NCBI GenBank assembly: GCA_040326155.1
Contig: JBEQLE010000032.1
Coordinates: 1-43,642 of the forward strand
Length of the DNA: 43,642 nt
Reading direction: 5' to 3'
Source: Leptospirales bacterium
Lineage (GTDB): Bacteria; Spirochaetota; Leptospiria; Turneriellales; JAOUFE01
Below, one piece after another: positions 37,443 through 43,642 of the stretch. Position 1 is the stretch's first letter. The number at the start of each line of letters is the position of its first letter. The position numbers were made by a program, and so were the translations under genes. Under the pieces are notes generated by a model, which was not told where the DNA came from, did not search any database, and saw nothing but the letters and a program-made list of their open reading frames with translations.

Positions 37443-38114
37443 ATGGAAACTGAAATTATAGAAAATCGTCGAGCCACGCCTTTTTTGCATACTATTAAGA
37501 TTGCAAAACCGGTTGGGTTTAAACATATAGTGGGCCAATATATTAAAATAACATTAGAAAAAGATAGCGAAGGGATTTTCACCATCGCTTCTCACCCAGA
37601 TCGGCCATATCTTGAATTGTTGGTGTCTAAAAGCGGCGACACAGCAGCAAAATTATGTAAATTAGCCCCAGGTGATGTAATTCAAATATCGGAACCGGTT
37701 GGTCCTGGTTTTGCCGTTGAAAGTTTTGCCGATAAAACTATATATTTAATAGCTCATGGAAGCGGTATATCGGCCATAAAACCCCTGGTCGAAGAGCTGC
37801 GAAAAAAACGGAATCTATATGGCCCCATTCGGCTCTTGTACGGAGTTCGTACGGTCCAAGATTTTCCCTATCCTGCATTGTTTCGAGATTGGATGGGTTC
37901 TATTGAATATTACGATATAATTTCCAAAAAACCAGAAAACATGTCCGAATACAACGGCGAAATCGGCCACGTTCAAGACATTCTAAAGAATATTAAACCC
38001 GAACCTGAAAATGCAGTAGCTATTATTAGCGGTTCACCCGATTTTGAAAAAGAGATTCGTGAAATTCTGGTTTCGCACTCTTTTGGTGAAGAACAGATTG
38101 TGAGAAATTATTGA
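37443..38114 (+). CDS. Ferredoxin-reductase-like FAD/NAD(P)-binding oxidoreductase
   Basis: GQYI, FTIAS, PVGPGF, IAHGSGISAI, LLYGVRT, ISGSP. Start at METEII. Confidence 0.85.
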   Translation: METEIIENRRATPFLHTIKIAKPVGFKHIVGQYIKITLEKDSEGIFTIASHPDRPYLELLVSKSGDTAAKLCKLAPGDVIQISEPVGPGFAVESFADKTIYLIAHGSGISAIKPLVEELRKKRNLYGPIRLLYGVRTVQDFPYPALFRDWMGSIEYYDIISKKPENMSEYNGEIGHVQDILKNIKPEPENAVAIISGSPDFEKEIREILVSHSFGEEQIVRNY

Positions 38115-38130
38115 TAAGGAAGGCAGGAAA
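38114..38130 (+). repeat. Second copy of the ATAAGGAAGGCAGGAAA motif
   Basis: 17-nt exact match to 25641-25657. Confidence 0.65.
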
Positions 38131-38346
38131 AGAGGAATGTAGGAATACATGAAAAGAGGTGGGGATTTTCGATTATTTCCTATTTGGGTTTATTTCATGA
38201 TTGCTATGTTTAGCGTATAAAGTTTGTTAATGTAGTTGAGCTATTGAGAGGCACGAGGCCGAGTTGATAAAGATAAATTCAATAACAAAAGTTTATTAAA
38301 CCCAATATTTGAAATATGAAAGTGTATTATGTTATATAAGTAATTA

Positions 38347-39777
38347 CTATATAGTCGTAATCTCCGATTTAAGACCTACAGTAGGCAATTTTGGAAAAAT
38401 AATTTTGCCGGAATTTTCAATTATTACTTTTCTGCATGTTGAAGCAAACTTTGTATCATTTTTTCCAGATAAGTATTGGGCGATATTAAATAAGTCAACT
38501 GAAGAAATTAAGGCTGTGTTACTACGTTTAGCTGCTGTAATACATTTATCAGTGAAAAAACTATCACGCTCAGATGGCTCCTTTAGTCTGTAAGCATTAC
38601 CGATTAGGGCACCTTTTGCCATCTCGTCAACATTTTCATTTTCCAAGTCTTCATGTATATTCATCGCCAATTGTCGAAGTTTGTCAATATTTATTGGTTT
38701 ATTATCTTTTCCTTCAACTTCGCCAATAAGTCTGCCTTCTGGACTTTCGAATATAACATCAAATTCGGATTCTGCATTCTCAAAGTGAGAAACATTAAAG
38801 CCAATCGTCTTTAGTGCCAAGCGTACTGCTGATTCTAGTGGTTTGCCATTTTCATAGATCAAATGCCTTAAAAGAGATTCATTTAATATAGTTTGCTCAA
38901 GTTGTTCCTTCTGTTTTTGCAGTGTTTCAATTTCGGAATTTACATTAACTAATTGGATTCTAATTTTTTCTTCTTTTGGAAGGATGAATTTATCTTGTGA
39001 GACCCACTCCGGAATGGCCGAAAGTTCGCCAATCGATTTTACAGATTTATCTAACGAACATAAGGCACTGATTATTTTCTTTCCAACGACCGAAGCTTCT
39101 TTTGTCCAAATGGATTCCAAAGTATCTGGATCTTCATAAGTGTACGGAGCTTTGTATAAATAAATATACGGTAAGAGAAATAAATTTCCCGTCGCATTTT
39201 TATATCTCACTTTAGCCCCGACCGATTTTTTCCCTGAAATGGTCTGCACGACAGACTTAATACCATTTCCAGATAGAAGTACTCTATATTCTGAAAGTTG
39301 TCCGATCTCTGACCAATACACGGCCAAATCATTATTCTTTTCGCTTAATGACATGGACGAACCAGACGAATTAATAATGTCAATTTCACCAGAAATAATT
39401 GTATAATTTGATATGCTCTCTACATGCCTAGTTGTTTGTCTATTTTTACCCGTGCCAGAGTAACTATTTGTACCGGTAGCTACATACACTTCTTGGTTTT
39501 CATTAAGATATAGAAAAATATTTTTTCCGGCTTTTATCGCCTCAAATATTTCTCTTCGCCAATGTTCCAATTGTGCTTTCAACCTGAATGAATTGGTGTC
39601 ATCTAAACAGGGTTTGCCTTGGTAAACTTCGTGCCTATAGCCATAAAATTCATAGATCGATGGATTAATTATAATGATATCATAATCGAGTAACGAAATT
39701 TTAGACTTTAAACTTGTTATTTCAGCACCTGAGCCAGGTAAAGCAAAACCAACCGTTAATATTTTATATTTTGCCAT
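38347..39777 (-). CDS. Hypothetical protein with coiled coil and C-terminal PD-(D/E)XK-like nuclease domain
   Basis: Start MAKYKILTVG. Coiled coil, then GKPLESAVRLALKTIGF...EFDVIFESPEGRLIGEVEGKD...KLRQL. Confidence 0.65.
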   Translation of the reverse strand: MAKYKILTVGFALPGSGAEITSLKSKISLLDYDIIIINPSIYEFYGYRHEVYQGKPCLDDTNSFRLKAQLEHWRREIFEAIKAGKNIFLYLNENQEVYVATGTNSYSGTGKNRQTTRHVESISNYTIISGEIDIINSSGSSMSLSEKNNDLAVYWSEIGQLSEYRVLLSGNGIKSVVQTISGKKSVGAKVRYKNATGNLFLLPYIYLYKAPYTYEDPDTLESIWTKEASVVGKKIISALCSLDKSVKSIGELSAIPEWVSQDKFILPKEEKIRIQLVNVNSEIETLQKQKEQLEQTILNESLLRHLIYENGKPLESAVRLALKTIGFNVSHFENAESEFDVIFESPEGRLIGEVEGKDNKPINIDKLRQLAMNIHEDLENENVDEMAKGALIGNAYRLKEPSERDSFFTDKCITAAKRSNTALISSVDLFNIAQYLSGKNDTKFASTCRKVIIENSGKIIFPKLPTVGLKSEITTI

Positions 39778-40486
39778 TAAATTGTCCGTTCTTAACGGTA
39801 AACCACGATTCCTAATCACTTTACCGGTATTTAGATATGTATAGCATTGAGTAAAGACATATGTTGCAAAGAAAAATATATGAAGTAATCAAACTTAAAA
39901 AGAGTATTTAGAATAACCACGCCACATGGACGTGGCGTGTCGAATAATTTACCGCGTTCATTTCCCACAACGCAATATACAAAACAAGTTTGATACCCAA
40001 AATTGTCAGCCATGTCAGATTTGACAGGTGCTCTACTTTGCGCAAAAAGGTTGAATACCTCTACTCTATTTTTGGTAACATGAAACTTCAAACAAAAGTA
40101 CCCTCCCCCTGCTTCGGTCGCATTCCGAACTATATACCAATCGAATGAAATACCTTTACAATTCGAAAGTACCGATTCTCGATAACGGCCTGATTCTTAC
40201 TCTTTTTTTAAATTTCTAATTTCATCGCTTCGAGAATTTTTTCAGCTTTGTTTATTATATCGAAAAGTTTTTTGTACTGGTTCCACGAAGAAAATCGTGA
40301 CAAAACTCCAGATTTGCTTCATATGCATCCGCATGTAAGATAAATTAATTGACATTTTGACGTGATTGATATGTATCAACCAAGCTACTATAAATTAGTA
40401 AATAAAATTAAAGTAATAAAACAAGTTGAAAATATGAATTTACCAGTAAATATGATTGTACACACTCTATCGAGAAGGAGAAAATA

Positions 40487-41314
40487 ATGTCTAAAAATCT
40501 ACTCAGGGAATCGGTAACACCGGCAGAAGATGAAATAAGTGTGAAAGCATACCATTGTACTTATTTCAAATCATTTTTACTTGGTTTTAAGGCATCAGGT
40601 AAGTTAGAAGTAACAAATAAACGTGTTATTTTCCAGGCCCATGGAAAATCAGCCCTGGGCAATAGCATCATACACAGTGAAGTGCCTATCGCTGACGTGT
40701 CGGGAATCAGTAGTTTTAAAGGTATATACTTTAATATCGGGAATCTGTTACTTGCGTTATTAGCCGGCATTTTATCATACCAGTTGTTACCTATATTTAC
40801 CGACTTGGTTCATCAAATTGCCCCAAAACTACATCTTGTAAAATACGCAGCCTGGGCTATTGCTCTGGCAGGTTTTGTGGGATCATTTTTCATCTCCAAA
40901 CAAAAAGTATGGAGAACTGTACTGGCTACAATCTCTGCCTCAGCATTGAATATCATTGGAAACGGAAAACTTTTCAGTCTACTTGCCTATGTTCGATTGA
41001 AAGGCTTCGGTGATAAAATGGTATTTATTGCTTATTTAGTAATCATAGCTTATGTTTTAGTGTGTATCGTGTGGTATGCTCGTCGACCGACTTTTTCAAT
41101 TTCAGTATATGCACAACAGGGTTCAGTATCCCCTATAAATATTTCCGGGGCATCCGGCATGGGTATAGCCGGTCAAGTTGCCAGCAAAGCTATTATCAGC
41201 GCTGAGCCGGCAGAAGATGCAGAATTGTTACTTACGGAATTGGGAGCAGTCGTTCTTGACATTCAAACCCTGGGTGACCTGGGCATCAAGAAATGGCAAG
41301 AGACAAGTAAATAA
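40487..41314 (+). CDS. Membrane protein, paralogue A (PH/GRAM-like N-terminus, about 4 TM)
   Basis: AAGGAG RBS; GKLEVTNKRVIF...SEVPIADVSGIS; C-terminal PAEDAE...ELGA...DIQTLGDLGIKKW. Confidence 0.75.
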   Translation: MSKNLLRESVTPAEDEISVKAYHCTYFKSFLLGFKASGKLEVTNKRVIFQAHGKSALGNSIIHSEVPIADVSGISSFKGIYFNIGNLLLALLAGILSYQLLPIFTDLVHQIAPKLHLVKYAAWAIALAGFVGSFFISKQKVWRTVLATISASALNIIGNGKLFSLLAYVRLKGFGDKMVFIAYLVIIAYVLVCIVWYARRPTFSISVYAQQGSVSPINISGASGMGIAGQVASKAIISAEPAEDAELLLTELGAVVLDIQTLGDLGIKKWQETSK

Positions 41315-41327
41315 CCGGGACTTGAAT

Positions 41328-42182
41328 ATGAGTGAAAAAAAAACGATATATACACTTTCAAGTGACGAGCATGTTGTACGTACATACGAGTGTACCATAA
41401 TGAAAAAACTGATTTTTTGGAAAACCTTTGGGTATCTATCTGTCACTAACAAACGGGTAACATATCACAGTCAAGGAGAATCACTTATGGGAAAAAGTAC
41501 CCTGATTTCTGAAATGCCGCTTGAAGATGTTGCAGGGATAAGCGCCACGGTAGCTGCTTCAATTAACTGGGTAGCCGCAATCGCATTTAGCGGTTTTATG
41601 TATTATGCTACAAATTTTCTGTATAATTTTCTGCCTCGCATTATGACCCATTGGATTACTGCTCTGGTATTGATACTTCCTTTTGTCGTATTCTGGCTTT
41701 TTGAAAAGAATATTTTGAACAAAGACCTCAAAGAACAATTGCAAAATAATATGAATAAATCAACGGCGGGAAGATATCTTCAAAGTAAAAGTGGCGATAT
41801 TTACAGAAGTATTTTTATGGCTGTTTTCTTTTTTGGCGTTGTACTTCTTGTTTGGAATATTTTGTCACCGGGCAAATTGACATATAAAATCCCAAAGCTA
41901 AATTTTCTATTCGGAACAGGGGTTTACCTTTGGATTTATATCATCTATTTTGGGAGAGAACCGACATTTAGCCTTGTGATTGCTTCCAAAACAGCAAAAG
42001 ATTCCGGTATTTATATTCCCGGAAACATTATCAGCGCTATTACAGGAAACAGCAACACCGCTTTACAATCAGTGAATGGCAGCCCCGCACAAGATGCTGA
42101 AACAGTTGTAAAAGAGTTAGGCGCTTTATTAACAGACATTCGCCAGCTCGGCGACCTTGGAATTCAGAAGTGGAAAAAATAA
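41328..42182 (+). CDS. Membrane protein, paralogue B
   Basis: Start MSEKK; GYLSVTNKRVTY...SEMPLEDVAGIS; PAQDAE...ELGA...DIRQLGDLGIQKW. Confidence 0.75.
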   Translation: MSEKKTIYTLSSDEHVVRTYECTIMKKLIFWKTFGYLSVTNKRVTYHSQGESLMGKSTLISEMPLEDVAGISATVAASINWVAAIAFSGFMYYATNFLYNFLPRIMTHWITALVLILPFVVFWLFEKNILNKDLKEQLQNNMNKSTAGRYLQSKSGDIYRSIFMAVFFFGVVLLVWNILSPGKLTYKIPKLNFLFGTGVYLWIYIIYFGREPTFSLVIASKTAKDSGIYIPGNIISAITGNSNTALQSVNGSPAQDAETVVKELGALLTDIRQLGDLGIQKWKK

Positions 42183-42204
42183 TCACGCGATAAAAGGAAG
42201 TTAT

Positions 42205-42525
42205 ATGTATGAACTGGATAAAGAAACAGTAAAGAAAATCCTTGTTGAGGAAATGAATCTACCCGCTTTTGATGTAGATTTATTCCTTAGAGATTTTCCG
42301 CCGTTGCATAATAGCTTTTCTCTACCTATTGAACAGTGGTTAAAAAATCGAACCATCGCTGATCTTGTAATTGAGGGATTAACAATTCAAGAGGTTATGG
42401 AAAAACAGCAAAGCCATTTCCTGGCAGCTGTGCGTGATTTAAATATTTTACTTGATGAAAAGATTCCTATCGAAAAACGCAAATCATTTAATGAAATCCT
42501 GAGAACGCCCGTACGTCGTCGATAA
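42205..42525 (+). CDS. Small helical hypothetical protein
   Basis: ATG 42205 with AAGGAAG RBS; tightly spaced within the operon. Confidence 0.65.
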   Translation: MYELDKETVKKILVEEMNLPAFDVDLFLRDFPPLHNSFSLPIEQWLKNRTIADLVIEGLTIQEVMEKQQSHFLAAVRDLNILLDEKIPIEKRKSFNEILRTPVRRR

Positions 42526-42537
42526 CTTTGGAAAAAT

Positions 42538-43642
42538 ATGCCAATTCCAATAATTAAAAACCTCAAGGCTGAAAATTGGGCAGAACTTAATTCTGATCAA
42601 CGGATGAAAGCTTTGCAAGATTTAGAAAATGAATTGGCCACACAAGAAGGACGTGAGCCTTGTTTAATAGAATTGATTCCTGAGGGCGAGCGGGTATTAG
42701 ATAAAAAAGGGAAACCGTTTTTGCAAGGTTCTTACGATCCGAGGAAAAACCCTCCTCTGATTGTAATTGACCCTTCCATTATTTTAAGTGATCAACCTTA
42801 CCTGGCTGTTGAGATATTTTTCCATGAAGCTAGACATGCTTATCAGGACTATGCTGTACAACACCCTGAAATCCATAATGATAGTGCAGAATTTGAAGTT
42901 TGGCGTAAAAATAATGGAGCTGGGTATATCGATTCAGATTCTAAACTGAACTTTTCGTATTATCGCTGGCAACCTATTGAAAACGATGCAAATGAAGTAG
43001 GTCGCGAGCGAACAGAGGAGCTATTCGTAGAGATTTTTCAAGATGAGAAGAGTTATCCGGTTCACCGTGCGGCAAAGCTAAAGGAGCTTGATAGTGATAA
43101 ATTACGAGCTCAATTTAATATTGGACCAAACTTTGAAGAAAAAGCAAAAGAAGCTGTACTTGAGAAACACCAAAAGAATTTAGAAGAAAATCATTTTAAA
43201 AGTATTTTTGATAAAAATAAAGAACGGACTTCTGAGATCTCGTCATTTCCAGTCAAGCCCATTATTGATGACAGCGGTGGTTCTGGCTCCGGTTTGCCTA
43301 AAGGCGGACCTGATAATGGCGGTGGCTCAGATTCCAGCCCTTCGACTAAACCTGGCTCGGGCTCTTCTGGAGGCTCAGAAGTTTCTTTAGATAATTTGCA
43401 ACAGTCTACAGAACCAACAATAAATGAGCAGGTGATCGGTAGCGAAGCCACAAATTTGGCTGTAGAGGCACCTGAAAATGAAAGTGTTTCTAAAAGCGAA
43501 ACTGCGGAATCGCATGGCAATACTAAAGAAGAAAATCTCTCAGAAGGCGAAGATGTTTTCATAGATACCGTCCTTGAGCAAAAGACCGCAACCGCACTGG
43601 AAGTCGAAACCGAAAAGGGTGTCGAAGCCGAAAAGGGAGCTG
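42538..43642 (+). CDS. HExxH zinc-metallopeptidase-domain protein with a Gly/Ser linker and acidic tail (runs off the window end)
   Basis: Absent from the ORF track; translated by hand and open from ATG 42538 to the end. MPIPIIKNLKAENWAELNSDQRMKALQDLENELATQEGREP...FFHEARHAYQ (42823-42837)...YRWQPIENDA. Confidence 0.85.
   Translation, partial: MPIPIIKNLKAENWAELNSDQRMKALQDLENELATQEGREPCLIELIPEGERVLDKKGKPFLQGSYDPRKNPPLIVIDPSIILSDQPYLAVEIFFHEARHAYQDYAVQHPEIHNDSAEFEVWRKNNGAGYIDSDSKLNFSYYRWQPIENDANEVGRERTEELFVEIFQDEKSYPVHRAAKLKELDSDKLRAQFNIGPNFEEKAKEAVLEKHQKNLEENHFKSIFDKNKERTSEISSFPVKPIIDDSGGSGSGLPKGGPDNGGGSDSSPSTKPGSGSSGGSEVSLDNLQQSTEPTINEQVIGSEATNLAVEAPENESVSKSETAESHGNTKEENLSEGEDVFIDTVLEQKTATALEVETEKGVEAEKGA

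Noticed and set aside
37359..37538. N-terminal extension of LpxK overlapping the oxidoreductase
   Set aside because: Artefact of longest-ORF calling; downstream ATGs give non-overlapping divergent genes.
39831..40091. 86-aa ORF upstream of the nuclease-like gene
   Set aside because: No RBS or recognisable motif, and an atypical composition.
43191..43562. 123-aa minus-strand ORF
   Set aside because: Antisense shadow of the plus-strand peptidase's Gly/Ser linker.

Overview
AT-rich bacterial chromosomal segment, probably from a spirochaete related to the Leptospirales. This is inferred from a FlaA-like sheath protein, LA_2272-type GVQ repeats and lpxK. A housekeeping core at about 22-38 kb (DUF5715, leuS, rpsP-khpA-rimM-trmD, CBS-PAS-GGDEF-EAL, flaA-like, sodB, ribBA, lpxK, FAD/NAD oxidoreductase) is flanked by four accessory regions. 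(1) 0.8-7.4 kb is a decayed cassette-like region with attC-like arms, small detox/regulator genes, a truncated ParE-type toxin, the 3' end of a group II intron, an IS110 fragment and an RHH-PIN toxin-antitoxin pair whose ends are complementary like an integron cassette. (2) 7.6-12.2 kb holds a TPR protein and an ECF sigma / membrane anti-sigma / exported caspase-family module. (3) 15.7-21.8 kb is a probable defence island: a putative TA pair plus an operon of a TerB-like/4x SAP-like repeat protein, a BrxD-type ATPase and a BrxHI/Lhr-type helicase, with no BREX core genes. This is the best candidate for an undescribed system. (4) 38.3-43.6 kb has a stand-alone PD-(D/E)XK-like protein and the start of an operon with two paralogous membrane proteins and an HExxH metallopeptidase that the ORF track misses. 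Family assignments come from motif recognition only; no searches were run.
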